Made by a program: the position numbers and the translations under genes. From an uncultured Chloroflexia bacterium (GTDB lineage Bacteria; Chloroflexota; Chloroflexia; QHBQ01; JADMIH01), in NCBI GenBank assembly GCA_963797095.1, contig CAWCNY010000002.1, positions 224,001 through 288,000 on the forward strand: a stretch of DNA of 64,000 nt, read 5' to 3'. Positions 1-9,100 of this stretch are shown here, in pieces. Under the pieces are notes generated by a model. It was given only the letters and a program-made list of their open reading frames with translations, made no database searches and had not been told where the DNA came from. Positions within the stretch are counted from its first letter, which is position 1; each line of letters begins with the position of its first letter.

Positions 1-2334
1 GAGCGATACGTCGCGAACATGGCGGCTGGGGTGCTCACGGATACGAATGGCGTGCGGATATACGTGATAGGGGGAAGCAGCATAGATTCGGTGCCAACCC
101 CGGTCGTGCGCGTGTACGATCCGGTGGCCGACAGCATCACCGACCTGACAAGCACTGACAACTGGCCTGCCAGCCCCGTGCACATTCCCGGCGGCTCGGC
201 GGTCTACAATAATAAGATGTATCTGTTCGGTGGGTTCTCGTCGCTGGGAGCAGGGGCGGTTTTCACCAGCACATGGCAGTTCGACCCTATGGCTCCGTCC
301 GGTTCGCGTTGGACGCAACTTGATGACCTGAATGTGCCTCGCGGCTATATCGCGGGGGCGGTGGTCGATGGGAAGTTGTACGCCATCGGCGGAGATACGT
401 GGGATACCGCTAATCGCCTGCTGGTGCCCACAGATACCGTCGAGATGATGGACCTGACACAGCCAAGCCCCACGTGGGTGCCCGTGGAATCGCTACCGTC
501 GGCACGCGGCGACCTGAAAGCCTGGGCTTATGATACCGGCACTAACTATGAGATTTCAGGGAAGGTAATGGTGGCGGGCGGGCCGTACCCGGTGCCGGAT
601 GCAAGCGCATATCTTTATGACCCAACCACCAACTCATGGAGCTCCGCACCTGATATGGTGCACGCCACGCGCAACTACGCGGCGGCCCAGTTGAACGGGT
701 ATCTTTATGCCATAGGGGGTTACGACTATAGCGACGGCGTGCCTAATGGCGCTAACTTTGTTCAAAGGTACGATGGCAGCCAGCCACCCGGCACACCCAC
801 CGTCACACCCACGGGCACCCTTCCGACGGCTACGCGTACATCAACCCGCACCAACACGCCGACGGTTACACCCACATTGTGTAGCGCCAATTATGCCTGG
901 GTCACCGGCACGGCCACGATCATGCCGGGCACGACCGATACAGGGAATCACGGGGATGACGAAATTACCTCTGTCTCGCTGCCTTTCCCGGTTATCTTCT
1001 ATGGTCACTCATACAATAGCGTGATTGTATCGTCCAACGGCAACGCGCAGTTCGTGGGGGCAGACAACTCTTATCAGAATGAGTGCCTTTACAGCCCGGT
1101 GTTGAACGATTACTCGGTTTCGCCTTACTGGGACGACCTGCGCACCGATGGGTCAGGCGAAGGTATCTTCACTGCGGTAACGGGTAGCGCACCCAACCGC
1201 ACATTGTATATCGAATGGAGAACTGAGTATTACGATGGCGGCGGTACGGCCAACTTTGAAGTTGTGTTGCACGAGAATGTGACCAACCATCTAGAGTTCA
1301 TTTATGGAACTGTGTCGGAAGGCAACAGTAGCAGCACGATTGGCATGCAAAAGAGCAGCAGCGTCTACGCGCAATACGCCTGCGACGGAACTGGGGGTGC
1401 GATCACGCCCGACCTGCTGATTACGTGGACGCAGGTTGGTTGCCCCACTCTAACGCCCAGTCCCATTGTAACCTCAACTCTTACTGCGACATCTACGCCA
1501 ACATCGGAGGCAACGGACACGGCCACGAGCACGCCCGTGGACACGCAGACGGCGATCAGCACTGAGACGGCAGTGAGCACAGACACGCCGGTGAGCACTG
1601 AGACGGAGATTGCGACTGAAACGGTCGTGGCCACAGAGACGGCGATCAGCACAGAAACCTCCACCGCCGTTTTGCCTACCGAGACACCTACAGCTTGCAC
1701 GATTGAGTTTACCGATGTTGGGCCTGACGACACCTTCTACGCGGATATTATGTGCCTGGCTTGCAGGGGGATCATCAACGGCTACGACTCGGGTTGTGAC
1801 ACGGGTAATCCGTGTTTCAGGCCGGGCAACTTTGTCACACGCGGGCAGCTAGCCAAGATCGTGTCTAACTCGGCGGGATTCGATGACGACCCAGGGCCAC
1901 AGGCGTTCGAGGATGTGCCGCCTGGCTCGACCTTCTACGACTTTATAGGGAGATTGGGTCTCAGAGGGATAATCAACGGCTACCCATGCGGCGGGCCGGG
2001 AGAGCCTTGCGGGACAGGCAGTTTGCCTTACTTCAGACCATCGGCCAACATCACCAGGGGGCAGATATCGAAGATCGTGTCGGAGGCAGCGGGGTATTCG
2101 GACGCGGTAGGAGACCAGCAGTTCGAGGATGTTGAGCCGGGGTCAACCTTCTACGACTACATCTGGCGGCTGACCGATAGGGGTATTATGCAAGGATATC
2201 CTTGTGGGGGTGTAGGAGAGCCGTGCGTTGATCCTGGCGATCTGCCTTACTTCAGACCATCGGCCACCGCAACGAGGGGACAGGCGTCGAAGATCACGGC
2301 CAATACCTTCTTCCCAGGTTGCGATACGCCTTAG
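1..2334 (+). CDS. Kelch-repeat / NIDO-like / Thr-rich linker / SLH surface protein (5' truncated by window)
   Basis: Kelch GG motifs (VIGG, LFGG, AIGG, VAGG, AIGG); LPFP..Y..WDDL..EW domain; T/P-rich linker; SLH-like repeats FRP..TRGQ..KI. The frame is open from base 1. Paralog of 30482 and 38040. Confidence 0.85.
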   Translation, partial: ERYVANMAAGVLTDTNGVRIYVIGGSSIDSVPTPVVRVYDPVADSITDLTSTDNWPASPVHIPGGSAVYNNKMYLFGGFSSLGAGAVFTSTWQFDPMAPSGSRWTQLDDLNVPRGYIAGAVVDGKLYAIGGDTWDTANRLLVPTDTVEMMDLTQPSPTWVPVESLPSARGDLKAWAYDTGTNYEISGKVMVAGGPYPVPDASAYLYDPTTNSWSSAPDMVHATRNYAAAQLNGYLYAIGGYDYSDGVPNGANFVQRYDGSQPPGTPTVTPTGTLPTATRTSTRTNTPTVTPTLCSANYAWVTGTATIMPGTTDTGNHGDDEITSVSLPFPVIFYGHSYNSVIVSSNGNAQFVGADNSYQNECLYSPVLNDYSVSPYWDDLRTDGSGEGIFTAVTGSAPNRTLYIEWRTEYYDGGGTANFEVVLHENVTNHLEFIYGTVSEGNSSSTIGMQKSSSVYAQYACDGTGGAITPDLLITWTQVGCPTLTPSPIVTSTLTATSTPTSEATDTATSTPVDTQTAISTETAVSTDTPVSTETEIATETVVATETAISTETSTAVLPTETPTACTIEFTDVGPDDTFYADIMCLACRGIINGYDSGCDTGNPCFRPGNFVTRGQLAKIVSNSAGFDDDPGPQAFEDVPPGSTFYDFIGRLGLRGIINGYPCGGPGEPCGTGSLPYFRPSANITRGQISKIVSEAAGYSDAVGDQQFEDVEPGSTFYDYIWRLTDRGIMQGYPCGGVGEPCVDPGDLPYFRPSATATRGQASKITANTFFPGCDTP

Positions 2335-2360
2335 GACACCATCAACATCAACGAAGAAAA

Positions 2361-2396
2361 GAGAGTAGGGGCGCAGCATGCTGCGCCCCTACTCTC
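2361..2396. repeat. 36-bp perfect palindrome, REP-like / bidirectional terminator
   Basis: GAGAGTAGGGGCGCAGCA|TGCTGCGCCCCTACTCTC between convergent genes, with a GTAG tetranucleotide near the stem base. Confidence 0.75.
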
Positions 2397-2491
2397 CTTC
2401 CCTCCAGGATCGGTTAATCCGGTAAAGATGAGAGTAGCGCGTGGCATGCCCCGCCCCCGCAGGCTGTTTTGGTTTTGTTGATAGCCTGTTC

Positions 2492-2788
2492 TTAGGCCTC
2501 GGTAGTGCCTTCGGTTTCCACTTTGTCCTGCGGCTGGGCCTGGGGAGACTCGGTTAGGGTCTGCATGAAGCTACCTGCTGCGTTGAGGACGGCTGGTACA
2601 AGCTTCTTGCCTACCGCGCTGCCAAGTACGCCACCCGCTACCCCTCCGAGAAAGGTTCCGACCACCGGGATGGGAATCAGCACGCTTCCAACCCTCATGC
2701 CGGTCAATATGCCGGCGCCCAACCCGGCGGCCCCACCGATCTGCTCGTTCCGCACCTGGTCGCTGCTCTCCTGCTGTGTGTTTTCCAT
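2492..2788 (-). CDS. Small glycine-zipper membrane protein
   Basis: GGAAGLGAG..PIPVVGTFLGGVAGGVLG motif; GGAG RBS upstream. Confidence 0.75.
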   Translation of the reverse strand: MENTQQESSDQVRNEQIGGAAGLGAGILTGMRVGSVLIPIPVVGTFLGGVAGGVLGSAVGKKLVPAVLNAAGSFMQTLTESPQAQPQDKVETEGTTEA

Positions 2789-2992
2789 GTCAACCCACTC
2801 CTTTCATGATGGACATCCGGCGCGAATTGCCTGATGGATTCTATACGCAATGTTGTCGGGTTTAGTTCCACTCTGGAAGGTAGAGATTCGAGGAGATTCT
2901 TGGAGGATTCATGATTAGTAGGAGGGATTGGGGTGCTAACGTTCAGATCTTCTCTTGACCCGATATCTGAACGTTTACCCGCTGGTGAAACT

Positions 2993-3021
2993 TTGACGAG
3001 CCGTAATCGTATCTCTATAAT
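2993..3021 (+). promoter_or_regulatory. Sigma70-type promoter of the vWA-FHA operon
   Basis: TTGACG-N17-TATAAT; an 11-bp inverted repeat (AACGTTCAGAT..ATCTGAACGTT) lies just upstream at 2938-2975. Confidence 0.7.
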
Positions 3022-3055
3022 GAGCAAGAGAAGTAGATAAGAGGAGAATCGAGCC

Positions 3056-4345
3056 ATGCCAGGCGAATTGAACTTGCAAGCCACGCTCTCACGCGTTACC
3101 GTGCCCGTTATGAATGTAGAGCAACTTGTGTATTGCCTGCTTGAGATGCGGCCCGGTGAGGCTGTGGCGACCGGCAACCAGCTACCCCTCAACCTTTGCC
3201 TGGTGCTTGATAGAAGCGGGTCTATGCATGGCTCTAAGATCGAGAGCCTGCGCGATGCCACCTCTCTTGTGCTTGATATGCTTCAGCCGCAGGATTATAT
3301 CTCGGTCATTGTGTTCAACAGCCGCAACGAGGTGGTATTCCCCTCGCAGAGGATCACGGACGAGGCGCGCAGGTCTGAGCTAAAAGAGAAGATAAACCGC
3401 TTGCGGGCCGATGGGGGCACCAATATGGCCCCGGCTATGGAAGCGGGTCTGGTTGAGCTGCGCAAGCAAATGTCTATTTCCGGAACCTCAACCGCCGGCG
3501 CGCCGCAGGTGAACAGGCTGGTGCTCCTGACAGACGGCATTACCGAAAAGGAAAAGAAGTGCCTGGAGCAAGCCGAGCAGGCCGCCCGCATTGGCGTGCC
3601 GATCACGGCACTGGGGATCGGCAAGGACTGGAACGATAAGCTGATGGAGTCAGTAGGCCAGCGCAGCGGAGGCGAGGCAGATTACATCTCTACCCCTGAG
3701 AAGATACGCCAGCACTTCGCGCGCACCGTCCAGCAAATGCAGGCGGTGGCCCTCCAACGCGTTTCGCTCAACGTGCGCCCGGCGCTTGGCATCGAAATAC
3801 GCAACATCTTCCGCGTGTTCCCCTTGATTGCCCGGCTCCAGCCCGGCTCGAATCCTGGAGCGACCGACCGGGCACAGAACGTGTTCCTGGGTGAGCTTGA
3901 GCGCGGGTACGGCCAGAGCGTACTGGTAGAGTTTGTGGTGCCTGCGCGCCCGGCCGGTAGCTACCGGATCGCGCAGATGGAGATCGAGTATGACGTGCCG
4001 CAGGCGGGCCTGATAGGGCAGCGTGCGGCCCTCGATGTGCTGCTCAACTACTCGCACGACCCGGCAACTGTGTCACCCCCTGATGGGCGCGTAATGAACC
4101 TGGTGGAGAAGGTTAGCGCATTCAAGCTGCAAACCCGCGCACTTGAGGACCTTGAGCGCGGCAATGTGCAGGCAGCCACCCAGAAGTTGCGCGGCGCTTT
4201 GACCCACCTGTTGAACCAGGGCGATACCGAGTTGGCCGCTACAGTTGAGACTGAGATCGCCAATCTGGAGAAGGGGCGTATGATGACTTCGGAAGGGCGT
4301 AAGACGATAAGGTTTGAAAGTGGGAAGACTGTTCGGTTGAAATAA
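3056..4345 (+). CDS. von Willebrand factor A domain protein
   Basis: MIDAS motif DRSGSM, GGT, LLTDG; helical C-terminal region; GAGGAG RBS. Confidence 0.9.
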   Translation: MPGELNLQATLSRVTVPVMNVEQLVYCLLEMRPGEAVATGNQLPLNLCLVLDRSGSMHGSKIESLRDATSLVLDMLQPQDYISVIVFNSRNEVVFPSQRITDEARRSELKEKINRLRADGGTNMAPAMEAGLVELRKQMSISGTSTAGAPQVNRLVLLTDGITEKEKKCLEQAEQAARIGVPITALGIGKDWNDKLMESVGQRSGGEADYISTPEKIRQHFARTVQQMQAVALQRVSLNVRPALGIEIRNIFRVFPLIARLQPGSNPGATDRAQNVFLGELERGYGQSVLVEFVVPARPAGSYRIAQMEIEYDVPQAGLIGQRAALDVLLNYSHDPATVSPPDGRVMNLVEKVSAFKLQTRALEDLERGNVQAATQKLRGALTHLLNQGDTELAATVETEIANLEKGRMMTSEGRKTIRFESGKTVRLK

Positions 4346-4357
4346 TGAGGGAACCTA

Positions 4358-5056
4358 ATGGCAATTTACTGTGCTAATTGCGGAATGGAATTACCCGATG
4401 GCGTGGCTTTCTGCGATGCTTGCGGGACGCCTGTGCGCGGGCAGAACGCTGGGGCTAACGCTTCTGCGGCTTCGAACGTGGGTGGGGGAGTAGCAGCCAG
4501 CCCCAACGGCATCGGCGCTACCTCCTGCCCGGTGTGCGGGGCGGCTACCCTTCCAGGCGAAGCGTTCTGCGATAACTGCGGTGCCGCGCTTCTGTCGCCC
4601 ACGACATATACTCCAGCACCTCCGGTTGGAGCCTCGGTCCAGCAGCCGGTGGGCGCTCCTCCTTCTTATTCGCAGGCACCGATGGGCGGCACCGGTGCCA
4701 GCTATGATTATGCGCCCGCACGTGCCCTCTCGGCTTCGCTCGTTATTACGCAGCCACCGCCCCCGGCTACCATCCAGATACCCAATCGCAGCGAGCTAAT
4801 CGTGGGCCGCTCGGACCCTCAGAGCAACAGCTATCCCGATGTTGACCTCGGCCCATACGGGGGCCTGGACCTGGGAGTTTCGCGCCGCCATTTTCGCCTT
4901 ACTCGCAACGGCGACCACTTCTACCTGGAAGACCTCAATGCTCTCAATGGCAGTATAGTGAACGGCCAGCGCATCCCCCCCTATACTCTTCACCCCCTTC
5001 GCTCAGGCGATAGGATCACACTGGGCAAGATGGATATGATTTTTGAGATTGCTTAG
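4358..5056 (+). CDS. Double zinc-ribbon + FHA domain protein
   Basis: CANCG/CDACG and CPVCG/CDNCG ribbons; FHA motifs GR, VSRRH, LNG. Confidence 0.9.
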   Translation: MAIYCANCGMELPDGVAFCDACGTPVRGQNAGANASAASNVGGGVAASPNGIGATSCPVCGAATLPGEAFCDNCGAALLSPTTYTPAPPVGASVQQPVGAPPSYSQAPMGGTGASYDYAPARALSASLVITQPPPPATIQIPNRSELIVGRSDPQSNSYPDVDLGPYGGLDLGVSRRHFRLTRNGDHFYLEDLNALNGSIVNGQRIPPYTLHPLRSGDRITLGKMDMIFEIA

Positions 5057-5103
5057 GTGGTTGCGTGACGAAAAGTGACTGCGTACTTCGTAGTGCTTAC
5101 TTA

Positions 5104-5173
5104 GTCACTCGTCACTCGTCACTCGTCACTCGTCACTCGTCACTCGTCACTCGTCACTCGTCACTCGTCACTC
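5104..5173 (+). repeat. Heptamer tandem repeat (GTCACTC)x10
   Basis: Ten exact copies in intergenic DNA. Confidence 0.95.
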
Positions 5174-5225
5174 GTCTCCGCCGACCCGCATCTGGTATAA
5201 TGAGGGATGGAGGAGAGAAACCCAG

Positions 5226-6125
5226 ATGCCCGTATTTGTTGACCCTAAAGCTTGCGTAAACCGTGACAATTGCTTCGCGGCGGGCGCTTGCCCTAATGAT
5301 GCTTTCATACACAATACCCTAAAGAAAACGTGGGAAGTGGACGCCCAACTGTGCGGCGATTGCCCGGGTCCATGCCTCAACTTCTGCGACAAGGATGCTT
5401 TGCATTGGGGCGATGACCTGGAAGACCTGAGGTTGGTACGTGCCGGTATCGAAGGCACCATGAAGCCCGATGCTGTGGCCGAAGCCCGCCTCACGCACAA
5501 GAAGAAGCGGGCGGAGGAAGCTGCCAAAGCCGAAGCCGCCAAACGCGCTGCCGATGCTGAAGGTGTGATCGCCCTCACACGCCAGAACTTCGAGCGCGAA
5601 GTATTGCGCTCTCAGGTGCCGGTGGCGATAGACTGCTGGGCCGATTGGTGTGTTCCCTGCAAGCAGTTCTCGCCCATCTTCGAGGCTACCGCCAAGCAGT
5701 ACGTTGGGATCGTGAAGTTCGCCAAGCTGGATACAGAAGCAGAGCCTGCCCTTGCCAGTGGGTTGGGCGTGCAGGCCCTCCCCACCACTCTCATGTTCTA
5801 TAAGGGCCAACTTGTCAACGTGGCGGAAGGCGCGCTGCCGGCCTCCTCGTTCCAGCAATGGCTGTACCAAACCCTCGCCGCCATTCGCCAGTACGAGCAA
5901 CAACTCAGCGCCGAAGCTGCCGATGCCATTGCAGCAGCTACCAAGAACCTAGCATCCATCGGCGCGACCGCAGGCGATGGGCCACAGCAAGGGGACGGGC
6001 AGGTTGATGATGCATCATCAGACCTTGTGCGCGATCCAAATGCCCAGGCCGCCCCGCCTCCACCCAGCAACAGCACTCCTGTAGAGCACGGCAAGCAAAC
6101 GGCATCCGGCCTTTACATCCCTTAA
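5226..6125 (+). CDS. 4Fe-4S ferredoxin-like domain fused to thioredoxin
   Basis: N-terminal C-x5-C-x5-CP and CGDCPGPCLNFC; Trx WCVPC active site and cis-Pro (ALPT). Confidence 0.85.
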   Translation: MPVFVDPKACVNRDNCFAAGACPNDAFIHNTLKKTWEVDAQLCGDCPGPCLNFCDKDALHWGDDLEDLRLVRAGIEGTMKPDAVAEARLTHKKKRAEEAAKAEAAKRAADAEGVIALTRQNFEREVLRSQVPVAIDCWADWCVPCKQFSPIFEATAKQYVGIVKFAKLDTEAEPALASGLGVQALPTTLMFYKGQLVNVAEGALPASSFQQWLYQTLAAIRQYEQQLSAEAADAIAAATKNLASIGATAGDGPQQGDGQVDDASSDLVRDPNAQAAPPPPSNSTPVEHGKQTASGLYIP

Positions 6126-6176
6126 AGCCTAGTATCCACCTTGTTACGAACCTAACGATTTGGTAGAATCAGAGCC

Positions 6177-6842
6177 ATGTCAACAAAGCGTGATACTAAA
6201 TACGCTGCGAAGCGTCGTGCCGCCGCCCGCAAGCGTAACCGCGAAATAGGCCGCTATCTGTTCGCTTATTTCGTCATTGCACTCCTGGTACTCGGCACGA
6301 TCTCTACTGTTCTTGTTGCCCAGCTTGGGACTTCCACAGCTACCGCCACACCTACGCCTACGCCGGACAACGCCCTTGCCCAGCTTGTGACCCAGGCTGA
6401 TACATACGTCGCTGACGGTGATTTCACTCAGGCTATCCCCCTCTACACGGCGTACCTGGCGCAGTACCCCGAAGACGCCGATGTTCACTTCAAGCTGGGG
6501 AAGGCCTATCTCGACCCCGTCAATCCCAACCCCGACTATCTGGCCGGGCTTGATCAACTTCAGCGTGCCCTGAACATCAACCCCAGTGGCTCATTCGTAT
6601 CTGAAGCTCAGTCGCTTATCAACCAGTACGGAGCTGCCGCCAACGCTACCGCCCAGGCTCTTGCCTCGGCGACTGTACCGATCAGCGGCACGGCGACGAT
6701 AACAGAGACTTCTACTATTACCACAACAAGCACCGTTACGGGCACCGTTACGGGCACCGTCACTTCCACAGACACGAACTCTTCTGCAAGCGGTATTGCA
6801 CCCACGGTCCCGGTTACGGCCACCACGCCGATAACTCCCTGA
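6177..6842 (+). CDS. Membrane-anchored TPR protein with Thr-rich tail
   Basis: Basic N-terminus, one TM helix, TPR-like helices. Confidence 0.8.
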   Translation: MSTKRDTKYAAKRRAAARKRNREIGRYLFAYFVIALLVLGTISTVLVAQLGTSTATATPTPTPDNALAQLVTQADTYVADGDFTQAIPLYTAYLAQYPEDADVHFKLGKAYLDPVNPNPDYLAGLDQLQRALNINPSGSFVSEAQSLINQYGAAANATAQALASATVPISGTATITETSTITTTSTVTGTVTGTVTSTDTNSSASGIAPTVPVTATTPITP

Positions 6843-6970
6843 GGCTTGATGCCGGTAGGTTATAGAGATTTCGGGTAGGAACATGCAAAACAGAGAAAAT
6901 TGGCGGCGACCCTGCCGGTTTCCTCTGTTTTTGCGCCCGATTTCATGCCTGCAAGCATACATACGCTGAG

Positions 6971-7414
6971 ATGATTGCTCCACCTGATCCCAACTACGAA
7001 TGGCGCGTGCTAGATAGCTTCGCCCGGCAGAGCATCATGTCGACTATCGGAGCGTCGCTGCTGTACGTGCGTCCCGGCGAGGTAGCGATCGAGCTTCCCG
7101 TCGTTGGTGGGTTGGGACAGCAAAACGGATATGTTCATGCGGGCGTGGTGACTACCATCGCCGACAGCGCCTGTGGCTATGCCGCGCTCAGCCTCGCGCC
7201 TGCCGGAGTGGATATACTCTCGGTTGAGTTCAAGGTAAATCTTCTCTCGCCTGCCACCGGTGAGCGCTTACAGGCGAGGGGACGTGTCGTACGCGCCGGG
7301 CGCACAATTACAGTGTGTACAGCCGATGTTTTCGGGTTGGCAGGGGGCGTGGAGAAGCACGTAGCAACCATGCTTGCGACCATGATCTCTGTGCCTGACG
7401 ACATAAACACGTAG
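6971..7414 (+). CDS. PaaI-family thioesterase
   Basis: QQNGYVHAG..D..SVEFKVNLL hot-dog fold motifs. Confidence 0.9.
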   Translation: MIAPPDPNYEWRVLDSFARQSIMSTIGASLLYVRPGEVAIELPVVGGLGQQNGYVHAGVVTTIADSACGYAALSLAPAGVDILSVEFKVNLLSPATGERLQARGRVVRAGRTITVCTADVFGLAGGVEKHVATMLATMISVPDDINT

Positions 7415-7458
7415 CCTGGTTGTGCACGCTTTATTGCATTTCGTAAAGCGGTACACTG

Positions 7459-7836
7459 TCAAATGCCCCGCTGACTGTGATCTCCTCGCTCGAACTCGAC
7501 CTCCACGCCCTTGAACTCGAATGAGCCGCTGAGCGTCTTGCCAGCCAGGGTGAGGGTGAGGGTGCCCTCTCGGCATTGGTAGGTGCGGAGGCGCGGCGCT
7601 GGCGCTATAGGATCGATCAGCACGTAGTCGGCTTTGATGCAGGCGGCATCGTCGGCTATCAGGAAATTGCCCGATTGCGCGCCGGTCGGGAAGTAGATAG
7701 ACACGCCGCCCAGTGGCTCCTCACCTGTGCCGTATTCGTAGAGGGTGAGGATTGCAGTGTCGCCCAACTCCGGTAGGGTTATGGCTTCCACGGATACCGG
7801 CCTGTGGCCCTTCTGAAGTGTGCCTTTGATCTTCAC
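7459..7836 (-). CDS. Hypothetical protein
   Basis: 125-aa ORF with plausible beta-rich composition; no motif recognised. Confidence 0.5.
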   Translation of the reverse strand: MKIKGTLQKGHRPVSVEAITLPELGDTAILTLYEYGTGEEPLGGVSIYFPTGAQSGNFLIADDAACIKADYVLIDPIAPAPRLRTYQCREGTLTLTLAGKTLSGSFEFKGVEVEFERGDHSQRGI

Positions 7837-7878
7837 GTTTGTTTGTTCCCCGAAGAGAGAGCGTGGCGGGCATTAGGG

Positions 7879-7910
7879 CAGCAAAGCCCACTCAGGCGGG
7901 CTTTGCTGCT
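7879..7910. terminator. Stem-loop terminator
   Basis: GCAGCAAAGCCC..GGGCTTTGCTGC downstream of the 7970-8797 gene. Confidence 0.6.
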
Positions 7911-7969
7911 GTTTGATGTTGTGCTGTCGAAAGGGTAATCGAATTGGATGTTGGTTTTACCGCTAAAGG

Positions 7970-8797
7970 TCAGTGCCCTACAAAGAGGCTGAGGTCGGGC
8001 TGCGCGGGGGGCGGAGGCGAGTTGGTGGTGCGCACTACTGCGAACTCCACTATCTCATTGTGGAAACCGAGTACGGTGAGGGCGAAGCGCTTGACCTTAT
8101 CCTGGAGGCTGGGAGGTGGGGCGAAGATGCTGGAGCGGAAGTCGCCTGTACTGGGGTTGGGGCTGCGAGCCGTGAGGGCCGTCCAGCCGTCGCTCGTTAG
8201 CTTGTTGGTGTAGAAATTGAGTATCTGTTGGGGATCGAAGGAGCTTTCGTCGTTGTGATGGTAGAGGATGGTGGCGGCGGCGAATTCCTCGTCAGGTGTG
8301 ACCCCTGTAAGGTTGGTGGCGTCAGGGCAGAAGTCTTGCACGCACCATGCGGCGATGTAGGTATCGGAAGGGCGGGCCAGGAACTTTAGGTCGCTCGTGC
8401 CGGGGGCGTCTTTGGGGTTAGCGCCGCCTGTGCTTCCTATGGGACTGCACTTCAACACTTCTACGCCAAGCAGGCCCAACAGCACCTCATTCTCGGTACC
8501 TTTGTATTCGGGGTGGTATTCGAATCTCGCACGCTCGAAGTACCGGGTCAGATACTCTTTGCCGTCCGCCGCGTTCTTTTGCATAGCGGCGTCGGTGATC
8601 GGGTAGCCCTGCTGTTTCAATCCGCCATGCGTCTGCCAGTACTGGTAGAAGATAGCCGGTACGGTATGCCCCGTTTCCGGGAAAAAGTGATCCTCTGCCT
8701 GGGCCGCCGAATTGGCGCTTGTGTTCTGAGCGGCTGCGACGGCAGACATCAACATCACGGCCAGCACCATGACCGCATAATTGAGAATACGCTTCAT
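7970..8797 (-). CDS. Secreted protein with FFPETGH..YFERARFEYHPE repeat unit
   Basis: Signal peptide; repeat unit common in Chloroflexota secreted proteins; start overlaps the stop of the upstream ORF. Confidence 0.8.
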   Translation of the reverse strand: MKRILNYAVMVLAVMLMSAVAAAQNTSANSAAQAEDHFFPETGHTVPAIFYQYWQTHGGLKQQGYPITDAAMQKNAADGKEYLTRYFERARFEYHPEYKGTENEVLLGLLGVEVLKCSPIGSTGGANPKDAPGTSDLKFLARPSDTYIAAWCVQDFCPDATNLTGVTPDEEFAAATILYHHNDESSFDPQQILNFYTNKLTSDGWTALTARSPNPSTGDFRSSIFAPPPSLQDKVKRFALTVLGFHNEIVEFAVVRTTNSPPPPAQPDLSLFVGH

Positions 8798-9036
8798 TGC
8801 AGGTTTACCTCCTTTTCCTCTATCTTCTCCGCCGGGGTGGTTCGCTCTATCCTGGTAGCCTCCCCCAACTCATCAAGCGCGATGTGATCGTCATCGCTGA
8901 TGACGCTTTCGGTGGTATAGATCCGGGCGGTATGGTGAATCTCCTGCTCCGGCCTCTCCTCGCCGTCTTCGTGCTCCGCGATCGACCACGTCTCGGTTGT
9001 TATTACCGTCACGACGCGTCTGATGACTCGTTTCAT
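8794..9036 (-). CDS. Small hypothetical protein, beta-strand-rich (VVTVITTE)
   Basis: 80-aa ORF coupled to the 7970 gene and divergent from the STAND regulator. Confidence 0.6.
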   Translation of the reverse strand: MKRVIRRVVTVITTETWSIAEHEDGEERPEQEIHHTARIYTTESVISDDDHIALDELGEATRIERTTPAEKIEEKEVNLQ

Positions 9037-9100
9037 GGCTGAATTGTAGTAGAATAGAGGCAGGCAATAGTTAATCTTTTTCTACAAATCGGAACGAGCT

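Noticed and set aside
5104-5173. CRISPR array at the tandem repeats (also 36204-36343, 40512-40631)
   Set aside because: Units are 6-9 bp with no unique spacers, and no cas genes are present.
5065-5259. ORF with SSLVTRH repeats (also 24845-25138)
   Set aside because: Translation artefact of the GTCACTC heptamers.
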